Below the pieces are notes generated by a model. That model was not told the origin of the DNA, made no database searches, and was given only the letters and a program-made list of their open reading frames with translations. Below are positions 18,774 through 27,467 of a stretch of 64,000 nt of DNA, piece by piece (the stretch's first letter is position 1; the number at the start of each line of letters is the position of its first letter). The translations under genes were made by a program, and so were the position numbers. This stretch comes from Gammaproteobacteria bacterium. Its GTDB lineage: Bacteria > Pseudomonadota > Gammaproteobacteria > Eutrophobiales > Eutrophobiaceae. Location of the stretch: the NCBI GenBank assembly GCA_965221695.1, contig OZ244905.1, positions 3,456,001 to 3,520,000 on the forward strand, read 5' to 3'.

Positions 18774-20087
18774 ATGCGGTCCGTTCCGGCAGGGATATTC
18801 TACGGCTGGTGGAATGTTGCCACCGGCTTTGTGGGCATGGGTTTCAGCTATGCCATGTTCACGATTTTCGCCTTCGGCGTGTTTGTCAAACCCTTGGCTG
18901 ACGAGTTTGGCTGGACCCGCGGGGAGTTGTCGTTCGCCATTACCATGACCAATTTTGCCGTGGTCCTCGCCTCTCCTGGACTCGGTTTCATCATAGACAA
19001 GTTTGGCGTGCGTCGAATATTGATCCCCTCGGTGATAATGATGGGGCTGACGGTTGCATCAATGGCCTTACTCAGCGCCAGTTTATGGCATTTTTATGCT
19101 CTGTACTTTCTCATCCCATTCCTGGGCGCGGGGACTCTGCCGCAGAGTTACTCAAGGACGCTAATTGCCTGGTTCGAACGGCGCCGGGGTATCGCCCTGG
19201 GTATCTCACTGTCGGGTTTCGGCGTCGGGGCAATGCTGGTGCCGGTGGTGGCGCAACTGATGATCGATAGTTACGGCTGGCGCATGGCATATGCGGGGTT
19301 TGGCGCGGCCGTGTTGCTCCTGTCGTTGCCTATGGTGGTATTCGTACTCAGGGAGAACCCGGCTGAGATGGGATTGAAGCCGGATGGCGGCCCGGCGCAA
19401 ACCTCAGAGTCCGGCGCCGCCGTGTTGCCCGGTTCTTCAGCGCCCGGTGGAGCCGGCAAGAATGGGATGGCGCCCCAGGCCGTCGGCTTGTCTTGTCGGG
19501 AGGCCGCGCGCACGCGCAGTTTCTGGCTGATACTGATCTCGTTCATGTTGGTGGGCATCGGCATTACCAGTATCATTGCTCACCTCGTGCCTTTGCTGAC
19601 AGATCGCGGTGTGGCGCCGACCGACGCCGCGTTATACATGAGTTCTCTTGCCCTGGGCCTGATCGCCGGACGACTGCTGGCCGGTTTCTTAATGGATTAT
19701 TTCTTTGCGCCGTATGTGGCGGCCTGCTTCCTGCTGGGTCTGATAGCCGGCATCGTCATCCTGGCGAGCGGCACAGCCGGTATTCTCGTGCTGGTCGCCG
19801 CCTTGCTGGTAGGTATGGCGACGGGGTCTGAGATCAGCGAGATCGCATATATCTGCAGCCGCTATTTCGGGCCGCGCGCGTTTGGGCTCATCTACGGATT
19901 CATGTTCTCAGCATTCCAACTGGGATCGATGGCCGGATCGCCGTTGCTGGGCTTATATCACGACCGTGCCGGCGATTATGTGGGGGCGTTATGGATTGTG
20001 GCCGCGCTGGTCGCAATCGGCGCCGTGCTGATAGCGCTGTTGGGTCCTTATCCGGATAAATTCCCGAATAAAGGTCCTGACATTTAG
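18774..20087 (+). CDS. MFS transporter (OFA/MCT-like)
   Basis: FYGW, EFGWTRG, DKFGVR, WFERRRGIALG, RYFG; about 12 hydrophobic segments. Confidence 0.9.
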   Translation: MRSVPAGIFYGWWNVATGFVGMGFSYAMFTIFAFGVFVKPLADEFGWTRGELSFAITMTNFAVVLASPGLGFIIDKFGVRRILIPSVIMMGLTVASMALLSASLWHFYALYFLIPFLGAGTLPQSYSRTLIAWFERRRGIALGISLSGFGVGAMLVPVVAQLMIDSYGWRMAYAGFGAAVLLLSLPMVVFVLRENPAEMGLKPDGGPAQTSESGAAVLPGSSAPGGAGKNGMAPQAVGLSCREAARTRSFWLILISFMLVGIGITSIIAHLVPLLTDRGVAPTDAALYMSSLALGLIAGRLLAGFLMDYFFAPYVAACFLLGLIAGIVILASGTAGILVLVAALLVGMATGSEISEIAYICSRYFGPRAFGLIYGFMFSAFQLGSMAGSPLLGLYHDRAGDYVGALWIVAALVAIGAVLIALLGPYPDKFPNKGPDI

Positions 20088-20127
20088 CCCGAACATCTCA
20101 CCAATCGATGCAATGATCGCTTTAGGG

Positions 20128-20138
20128 TCAGAGCTTCC
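20128..20138 (+). repeat. Isolated MITE right end
   Basis: TCAGAGCTTCC followed by TTAA. Confidence 0.5.
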
Positions 20139-20161
20139 TTAACACACACAGGAGCATTATC

Positions 20162-20464
20162 ATGTTGTTTATCTGTTATTTCGAGATCATGCCGGAAGCA
20201 ATTGCCGAGGCAGCAAAGTCCACCTTGAGACATTCCGAACGACGAGGGGAAGGGTCTAGCGACGTTAAGGTAATTTTCGAGGCTCAGGCTGCGTCCCATT
20301 GGGGCATTGCCGCATTCGAGGCTAAGAGTTCAGAGGCGGTATTTCGCTATATCCGTCCCTGGTGTCCGGTCAATGGCAAGATACTGGTAGAGCCGGCGCT
20401 GCGCGTGGACAACGGCGAGTTTGCACAAAGCTTTCCCCGGGAAATTCTCGAAAGAAACCTCTGA
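20162..20464 (+). CDS. Small hypothetical protein (DUF3303-like)
   Basis: Good RBS (AGGAG); G..FEA.S.EAVFRYIRPW...VEP pattern. Confidence 0.55.
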   Translation: MLFICYFEIMPEAIAEAAKSTLRHSERRGEGSSDVKVIFEAQAASHWGIAAFEAKSSEAVFRYIRPWCPVNGKILVEPALRVDNGEFAQSFPREILERNL

Positions 20465-20600
20465 GATTAAGATGAAAGAGCACTAGTAATTAGTGTTTGC
20501 GGCGCTGCTGGCATTGAATGACCCGGGCGGGATGCCAACCCGCTTTCAGCGCGTTTCCAGGGGGGACAACGGTGCGGAAATGATATAAAATCCGGAAGTT

Positions 20601-21236
20601 ATGAGTAGTCGGGACTACACGGCCCTGGATCATCTGATCATGGGCTTTGAAAATATCATTTCCGTAATCGATGCTAAGGACCATAGCCCAAGCCCGGGCA
20701 AAAACGCGCCGGATTTACCGGATAAAGAATTGGAACGGCAACGTAGCGCGGCCCTGATGCGGGTGAACCATGCCGGGGAGGTGGCAGCCCAGGCGCTTTA
20801 TGCCGGTCACGCGGTTATGACAAGGGACCAGCAAACGCGCGACTCCATGCTCCAAGCCGCCAAGGAGGAGCGCGACCACCTGGCCTGGTGCGAGGCGCGG
20901 GTCAGAGAGTTGGATAGTCATATCAGCTACCTCACTCCGGTCTGGTATTTCGGTTCATTTGTGATTGGCGCAGTAGCAGCCAGCGCGGGTGATAAATGGA
21001 GCCTGGGTTTTGTCATGGAAACAGAACGCCAGGTTGTCGAACACTTGGATGAGCACCTGCAACGACTGCCGGAACAGGATCGGAAGAGCCGTTTCATATT
21101 GGAGCAGATGCGGCGCGACGAACTGAGGCATGGAGCCGTCGCGCGGGATTCCGGCGGGGTTGAGTTGCCCTTGCCGGCGCGAGTATTGATGCGTTGTTGC
21201 GCAAAAGTGATGACCGGCGTCGCTTACTGGTTGTAA
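20601..21236 (+). CDS. coq7: Demethoxyubiquinone hydroxylase Coq7
   Basis: LMRVNHAGEVAAQALY, EERDHLAWC, ETERQV..HL and DELRH di-iron motifs. Confidence 0.95.
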   Translation: MSSRDYTALDHLIMGFENIISVIDAKDHSPSPGKNAPDLPDKELERQRSAALMRVNHAGEVAAQALYAGHAVMTRDQQTRDSMLQAAKEERDHLAWCEARVRELDSHISYLTPVWYFGSFVIGAVAASAGDKWSLGFVMETERQVVEHLDEHLQRLPEQDRKSRFILEQMRRDELRHGAVARDSGGVELPLPARVLMRCCAKVMTGVAYWL

Positions 21237-21388
21237 CTCCCAAGACAAGACGCTGCCTGATCAACTCAAAGCTAATGAGACAGGGAACTTTTGGCTTGGG
21301 CGCTATCTAATAAAATACAGCAACCTCTAAAATGCCATCCTTGGTAATTTTAGAGGCGCCTTTACCACTGATAACTATGGAAGACACA

Positions 21389-22756
21389 ATGCGCCACATT
21401 AAATATTCTTGCCTGACCCTGTTCGCGATGCTGTTGTGCTTCGGTCACGCGCAGGCAGCCCTACCCGGATCAGCAGACGGCCAGGAATTGCCGAGTCTTG
21501 CGCCGATGCTGGAAGAGGTGACGCCGACCGTGGTCAACATCGCGACCGAAGGACGGGTGCAAGTGAGGCAGAACCCGTTGTTTGCCGATCCTTTCTTCAG
21601 GCGTTTTTTCAACATGCCGGATCAGCCGCTTGAAAGAAAGACCCAGAGCCTCGGTTCGGGCGTCATTGTCGATGCCGAACGCGGCTTGGTGCTGACTAAC
21701 AACCACGTTATCGCCAATGCCGTGCAGATCACTGTAACCTTGCGCGATGGTCGCCAGATGGACGCCGAAATTGTCGGTTCCGATCCGGCAACGGATGTGG
21801 CTGTTATCAAAGTGCCGGTGGAAAACCTCACCGATATCGGGCTTGCAGACTCGGATGAATTGCGGGTGGGCGATTTCGTGGTGGCGATAGGCAATCCGTT
21901 CGGCCTGGGACAGACGGTCACTTCCGGGATTGTCAGCGCGTTAAGCCGCAGTGGTCTCGGCATTGAGGGCTATGAGGATTTTATCCAGACAGACGCATCC
22001 ATCAATCCGGGAAATTCCGGGGGGGCGCTGGTCAATCTCAAGGGAGAACTGGTAGGCATCAACACGGCCATCTTTTCCCGCAGCGGGGGGAATATCGGCA
22101 TTGGGTTTGCGATACCCATTAATCTTGCCTTGCAGATCATGGAGCAACTGCTTGACAAGGGAATGGTGGAACGGGGCTTTATCGGTGTGCAACTGCAAGA
22201 TCTCAACCCCGACCTGGCACAGGCATTCGGGCTCAAGAACAAGAATGGCGCGATAGTGAACAGCGTGATGCCTGATTCCCCCGCGCAAGAAGCCGGCTTG
22301 CAACCCGGAGACATTATTGTTTCGATTAATTCAAAGAAAGTAAAGGCGGCAGCCGACGTCAGGAATCAGATCGGTTTGCTGGCTGTTGGCGAACAGGTCG
22401 AGTTCGAAATCCTACGCGCCGGGGACAAAAAGATTCTCACAGCCCGGGTCGCTGCTTCCAAGGAATTGGAACTGTCCCAGGGCGCGCGTAATCCACGCTT
22501 GCAGGGAGTGACACTGGGCGATATAGAGGAGGATCATCCCTATTTCAATCGTATCAAGGGCGTGCTGATCATGGCTATCGAGCGCGGTTCACGGGCGTGG
22601 TCAGCGGGCCTGAGAAAAGGGGACATCATTACCTCAGTGAACCACGAGCCGTTTGCAGACCTTCAGGAGTTTTTGCGGTTAGTCGACGGTCTCGATAATG
22701 CCTTGTTGTTCCGGGTAATCAGGGGGGATGCCGCCGCTTTCCTGGTGATAAAATGA
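21389..22756 (+). CDS. degQ: Periplasmic serine endoprotease DegQ/DegP
   Basis: Signal peptide; LPSLAPML, TNNHV, FIQTDASINPGNSGG; two PDZ domains. Confidence 0.92.
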   Translation: MRHIKYSCLTLFAMLLCFGHAQAALPGSADGQELPSLAPMLEEVTPTVVNIATEGRVQVRQNPLFADPFFRRFFNMPDQPLERKTQSLGSGVIVDAERGLVLTNNHVIANAVQITVTLRDGRQMDAEIVGSDPATDVAVIKVPVENLTDIGLADSDELRVGDFVVAIGNPFGLGQTVTSGIVSALSRSGLGIEGYEDFIQTDASINPGNSGGALVNLKGELVGINTAIFSRSGGNIGIGFAIPINLALQIMEQLLDKGMVERGFIGVQLQDLNPDLAQAFGLKNKNGAIVNSVMPDSPAQEAGLQPGDIIVSINSKKVKAAADVRNQIGLLAVGEQVEFEILRAGDKKILTARVAASKELELSQGARNPRLQGVTLGDIEEDHPYFNRIKGVLIMAIERGSRAWSAGLRKGDIITSVNHEPFADLQEFLRLVDGLDNALLFRVIRGDAAAFLVIK

Positions 22757-22770
22757 TTGTTTAAGGAACG

Positions 22771-23703
22771 TCAGACCAACCCGGATTCCTGTTTGCCCGG
22801 TATATCACATTGCCGGATGAGGCGCATGACAAGTTGCGTCAGTTGTTTTTTCGGATAGGTATTGCGCCAGGCCAGCGCGATGTCGCGTTCCGGCGCAGGT
22901 TTAGCAAACGGGCGGTACGCAACCAACTGCTTTAGTCCGTCCTGCTCCTGGATCGCGGTGGAAGGCAAAATGGTCACGCCTGAGCCGGTTGCCACCATCT
23001 GTTTGATGGTTTCGATAGAACTGCCTTCCAGGGTCTTTTGAATTTTATCCTTGGAAAAAGTATCACTTTTGCAAGCGGGACACACATCCATGACCTGGTC
23101 TCTAAAACAATTGCCCGATTTCAGCAGCAGCAGGGTGTCTTCGATCAGGTCATCCGCCTTGATCTGTTTTTTGTGGGACAAGCGGTGGCGCTTCGGCAAC
23201 ATGACCGTGAACGGTTCCTTGTACAGGATTTCCAGGGTGGCGCCCGGCTGTTCAAACGGCGTAGAGATGATGATCATATCCAGTTCGCCACGTTTCAACC
23301 GTTGCGCGAGGTTCATGGTGAAGTCCTCTTCAATGATCAGAGTCAACCCGGGCGCCTCGCGATTGAGCAGAGGGATAAGATGGGGTAGCAGAAAAGGTCC
23401 GATGGTGTAGATGACGCCCAGTTTCAGGGAGCCTTTTAACTGGTCCTGGTCCGAACCGGCGATGGTCTTGATGGCGTTTACCTGCTCCAGCACGGTCATC
23501 GCCTGTTCCACGATGCGCCGGCCTATGGGCGTGATGGTGACATCATGAGGGCGCCTTTCGAAGATTGTCACATCCAGTTCGTCTTCCAATTTCTTTATGG
23601 CGACGCTGAGCGTGGGCTGGCTGACGAAACAGGCAGCCGCGGCCCTGCCGAAATGAAGTTCACGGGACACAGCGACAATATAACGTAGTTCTGTCAGGGT
23701 CAT
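22771..23703 (-). CDS. oxyR: Hydrogen peroxide sensor OxyR (LysR family)
   Basis: MTLTELRYIVAV..HFGRAA..CFVSQPTLS; redox cysteine pair in GNCFRDQVMDVC; GSSIETIKQMV. Confidence 0.9.
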   Translation of the reverse strand: MTLTELRYIVAVSRELHFGRAAAACFVSQPTLSVAIKKLEDELDVTIFERRPHDVTITPIGRRIVEQAMTVLEQVNAIKTIAGSDQDQLKGSLKLGVIYTIGPFLLPHLIPLLNREAPGLTLIIEEDFTMNLAQRLKRGELDMIIISTPFEQPGATLEILYKEPFTVMLPKRHRLSHKKQIKADDLIEDTLLLLKSGNCFRDQVMDVCPACKSDTFSKDKIQKTLEGSSIETIKQMVATGSGVTILPSTAIQEQDGLKQLVAYRPFAKPAPERDIALAWRNTYPKKQLTQLVMRLIRQCDIPGKQESGLV

Positions 23704-23710
23704 AACAGCG

Positions 23711-24505
23711 TTATCCTACGGCCTGCGCCCGGCGCGAATTTTGTTTGTCAGCGCGCGCGCCAGAGTGGATCATTCTTAACAGGTCGAGATCGACGAAACA
23801 GCGTCCATATGCCGCGCCTGCCGTAACAGTGAAAGGTTGGTCTGGCTCTCCCAGGTGGTTCAATACCAACGATGCGCCGGAAAAGTCATTGTCTGTAGTC
23901 AGAGGATGGGTGGTGATAATCGTATTGAGGCCAGCCGCCAGCGCTGCGAGATTGCCATTCGACGTGTCTTCAATGGCGATACAGGCTTCAGCTTTCAGTT
24001 CCAGTTCCGACAAGGCGCGCTGGTAGACCGCAGGCGATGGCTTCTTGTCTTGCACCTGGTCAGAGCTGATCACGACCGAAAACAGCCTGGCGCCGGCGCT
24101 GCCGAAAGTTCGGTTCAACAGTGCATTGACGTTGTCGCTTGAGGAGCTGGTTGCGATAGCGAGCTCCAGGCCGGCTGCGCGGCATTCCAACGTCAGACGG
24201 CGAATGCCAGGGCGCAGTTTAATGACATCGGAGACCAGGATCTGCCGGTACAAGGCGGATTTTCTTTGATGCACAATATCCACCATCCCGGGCAGTTCAT
24301 TATCGGCCACACCGGCTTGTTGCAGGCAATGGCGAATTCTTTCCCTGCCGCCGGAAATGGAGAGCAGGCGCTTGTACTCAAGGCGGGACCAGTTGAGCGG
24401 GCAGGCACATTCCTTGAAGGCAAGATTGAAGGCCTGGCGGTGCAGCTCCTCCGTGTCGGCAAGGGTACCATCCATGTCAAAGATAATTGCCTTCAGATCG
24501 CTCAT
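23711..24505 (-). CDS. HAD-IA hydrolase, CbbY-like
   Basis: FDMDGTLADTE, HRQAFN, GGRER, KKPSPAVY, IED. Confidence 0.85.
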   Translation of the reverse strand: MSDLKAIIFDMDGTLADTEELHRQAFNLAFKECACPLNWSRLEYKRLLSISGGRERIRHCLQQAGVADNELPGMVDIVHQRKSALYRQILVSDVIKLRPGIRRLTLECRAAGLELAIATSSSSDNVNALLNRTFGSAGARLFSVVISSDQVQDKKPSPAVYQRALSELELKAEACIAIEDTSNGNLAALAAGLNTIITTHPLTTDNDFSGASLVLNHLGEPDQPFTVTAGAAYGRCFVDLDLLRMIHSGARADKQNSRRAQAVG

Positions 24506-24515
24506 ACCACAGGGA

Positions 24516-26057
24516 TTATGGCTTAGCCTGGCGCATCGCCTCAGTCTTGTTGTTGAAGATAATCTTTTGCCATTGCGTCGGGCCCGTCTGATGAATGGAA
24601 TTGCCGTTGCTGTCCACCGCCACGGTTACCGGCATGTCGCGCACTTCAAATTCATGGATGGCTTCCATGCCGAGGTCGGCAAAGGCTACTACCCTGGACG
24701 CGGTAATCGCCCGGGAAACCAGGTAGGCTGCGCCGCCGACGGCCGTCAGGTACACCGCGCTATGTTTCTTTATGGCCGCCAGCGCTGCCGGGCCGCGTTC
24801 CGCCTTACCGATCATGCCGATCAACCCGGTTTTCTCCAACAACAGGTCGGTGAACCTGTCCATTCTGGTGGCTGTGGTTGGGCCTGCGGGACCGACGGTC
24901 TCATCCCTTACCGCGTCGACCGGCCCCACGTAATAGATAAAACGATTGGTAAAATCGACGCCCTCCGGCAGCGCTTGTCCCTGTTTCAGCAAGCTGTCGA
25001 TGCGCTTATGCGCGGCATCCCTACCGGTGAGCAGCTTGCCGCTCAGTAGTAGAGTTTCGCCGGGGCGCCAATCGGCCACATCGGCGCGGGTGAGCGTGTC
25101 AAGATTGACGCGGCGTGAACCGGGTCCTGCCTCCCAACTGATATCCGGCCAGTCATCCAGGCTCGGCGGCGCTTGCCGAGCGGGACCATTGCCGTCCAGG
25201 GTGAAATGTGTATGGCGGGTGGCGGCGCAGTTGGGGATCAAGGCCACTGGCAGGGACGCGGCATGGGTCGGAAAGTCGATGATCTTCACATCCAGCGCGG
25301 TGGTCAGGCCTCCAAGACCCTGGGCGCCAATACCCAGGTCGTTCACCCGCTGATAGATTTCCAGGCGCAACTGCTCCAATCTGGTCTTTGCGCTCCGTTG
25401 GATGAGTTCCTGTATGTTAATCGGTTCCAGCAACGCCTGTTTTGCCAGCACAACCGCCTTCTCCGCAGTGCCGCCGATACCGATGCCAAGTATACCCGGT
25501 GGGCACCAGCCCGCGCCCAAGGTCGGCAGCACATCCACAACCCAGTCTGCAATGCTGTCGCTGGGGTTCAACATCGCCATTTTTGCCTTGTTTTCAGAAC
25601 CACCGCCTTTTGCCGCAAGCTGGACCTCGAGCGTGTCGCCGGGAACCACTTCCATATGAATCACCGCCGGTGTGTTGTCGCCGGTATTTTTCCGGGCTCC
25701 GGCCGGATCGTCCAGGATAGAAGGACGCAACACGTTGTCCGGGTGGGTATAGGCGCGCCTGACACCCTCATTGATCATATCAGCCACACTTGTGCTGGCC
25801 TGGTCCCAACGCACATCCATACCGATGCGGATAAACACCGTGACGATCCCGGTATCCTGGCAGATCGGCCGATGGCCTTCGGCGCACATCCTGGAATTGA
25901 CCAGGATCTGCGCCAGCGCATCTTTTGCTGCCGGGGACTCTTCTCGCCGGTAAGCATTATGCACCGCGTCGACGAAATCAAGCGGATGATAATAGGAGAT
26001 GAATTGCAAGGCATCTGCCACGCTGGTTATTAGGTCATCCGGTTTTATTAGGGTCAT
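24516..26057 (-). CDS. Fumarate hydratase class I (Fe-S)
   Basis: RPICQDTG, KGGGSENK, GAGWCPPG, NCAATRH, GRDAAH, AGPTTATRMD; start at ATG 26057. Confidence 0.95.
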   Translation of the reverse strand: MTLIKPDDLITSVADALQFISYYHPLDFVDAVHNAYRREESPAAKDALAQILVNSRMCAEGHRPICQDTGIVTVFIRIGMDVRWDQASTSVADMINEGVRRAYTHPDNVLRPSILDDPAGARKNTGDNTPAVIHMEVVPGDTLEVQLAAKGGGSENKAKMAMLNPSDSIADWVVDVLPTLGAGWCPPGILGIGIGGTAEKAVVLAKQALLEPINIQELIQRSAKTRLEQLRLEIYQRVNDLGIGAQGLGGLTTALDVKIIDFPTHAASLPVALIPNCAATRHTHFTLDGNGPARQAPPSLDDWPDISWEAGPGSRRVNLDTLTRADVADWRPGETLLLSGKLLTGRDAAHKRIDSLLKQGQALPEGVDFTNRFIYYVGPVDAVRDETVGPAGPTTATRMDRFTDLLLEKTGLIGMIGKAERGPAALAAIKKHSAVYLTAVGGAAYLVSRAITASRVVAFADLGMEAIHEFEVRDMPVTVAVDSNGNSIHQTGPTQWQKIIFNNKTEAMRQAKP

Positions 26058-26122
26058 GGTTTTGTCGCTCTGGTTACGATGGTAGTATAACCCAGGCCAT
26101 CCCACAAAATATGCGCAATTCA

Positions 26123-27436
26123 ATGCTTCCCCAGGAAATCATCAGGAAAAAAAGAAATGGCATAGCGCTGGCCGCGGATGAAATACAGTATTTTGTAGAC
26201 GGTCTTTGCGATGGTTCGATTGCGGCGGAGCAGGTTTCTGCGCTGGCGATGGCTGTTTATTTTCGCTCCATGGACAGCGCGGAGACGGCTGAGTTGACCC
26301 GGGCCATGGCGCGTTCGGGGAGCGTGATAGACTGGGCTGACGAGCGGATTGAGGGGTTGCTCGTCGATAAACACTCGACCGGTGGCGTGGGAGACAAGGT
26401 GAGCCTGATATTGGCGCCGCTGGTCGCCGCTTGCGGCGCTTACGTGCCGATGATTTCAGGGCGCGGGCTGGGACATACCGGCGGCACGCTGGACAAGCTG
26501 GACAGTATCCCCGGCTATAACACCGCGCCGGAACTGGCAGAGTTCAAACGGGTAGTCAGGTCAGCCGGTTGTGCGATCATCGGCCAGACGCCGGAACTGG
26601 CGCCGGCGGACCGGCGTTTATATGCGATCCGGGACGTGACTGCGACCATCGAGTCCGTGCCGCTGATCAGCGCCTCCATCCTGTCCAAGAAGATTGCCGC
26701 CGGCCTCGACGGGCTGGTCATGGATATCAAGACCGGTTCGGGGGCGTTCATGGCAACCGAGGCTGAGGCGCTGGAACTCGCTAGTTCCCTGGTGAATTCG
26801 GCCACCGAAGCAGGCTTGCCGATCAAGGCGGTAATCACGGATATGTCGGAAGTACTGGGACACAACGCCGGCAATGCGCTGGAGGTACGCGAGACGATTG
26901 ATTTTCTGACCGGGACGCGGCGCGACGACCGCCTGCATGAAGTCGTCTTCACCCTGGCGGCGGAGATGCTGGCGCTGGCCGGTCTGGAGCAGGACCGGCA
27001 GGCAGCGCATTCATTGTTGCAAACAGCGCTGGACCGGGGCCGGGCGACCGAGGTTTTCGCCGCCATGGTAAGCGCTCTCGGCGGGCCTGCGGACTTCATT
27101 GAGCGGCTCGATGACTACCTGCCGCCGGCGCCGGTTGTGAGGCCGGTTTTCCCCGACGGCGAAGGGTATGTTACCGCCATTGATGTGCGCCAGGTAGGTA
27201 ATGCCGTGGTCGCGCTGGGCGGCGGCAGACGGCGGGTTGAAGACAGCATCGACCACAGCGTCGGCCTGACTGAGATCGCGGGCCTCGGCGCCCGTCTCGG
27301 CCCCGATACCCCGGTAGCAATTGTTCATGCCCGGGATGAAGCCGGGGCGCACGCGGCTGCCAAGTCGCTGCGCGGGGCGTTTGTGGCTGGCGCTGAGCCA
27401 CCGCCGGCAAGACCGGTGGTGCAGAAATTAATTTGA
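26123..27436 (+). CDS. deoA: Thymidine phosphorylase
   Basis: MLPQEIIRKKR, DKHSTGGVGDK, ISGRGLGHTGGTLDKL, SILSKK, LGGGR. Confidence 0.95.
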   Translation: MLPQEIIRKKRNGIALAADEIQYFVDGLCDGSIAAEQVSALAMAVYFRSMDSAETAELTRAMARSGSVIDWADERIEGLLVDKHSTGGVGDKVSLILAPLVAACGAYVPMISGRGLGHTGGTLDKLDSIPGYNTAPELAEFKRVVRSAGCAIIGQTPELAPADRRLYAIRDVTATIESVPLISASILSKKIAAGLDGLVMDIKTGSGAFMATEAEALELASSLVNSATEAGLPIKAVITDMSEVLGHNAGNALEVRETIDFLTGTRRDDRLHEVVFTLAAEMLALAGLEQDRQAAHSLLQTALDRGRATEVFAAMVSALGGPADFIERLDDYLPPAPVVRPVFPDGEGYVTAIDVRQVGNAVVALGGGRRRVEDSIDHSVGLTEIAGLGARLGPDTPVAIVHARDEAGAHAAAKSLRGAFVAGAEPPPARPVVQKLI

Positions 27437-27467
27437 TTTACCTTCTATTCAGTTCATCACTGACCGG

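Noticed and set aside
23711-24505. Evidence for a Calvin cycle from the CbbY-like gene
   Set aside because: No other cbb genes lie in the window and CbbY-like HADs are widespread.
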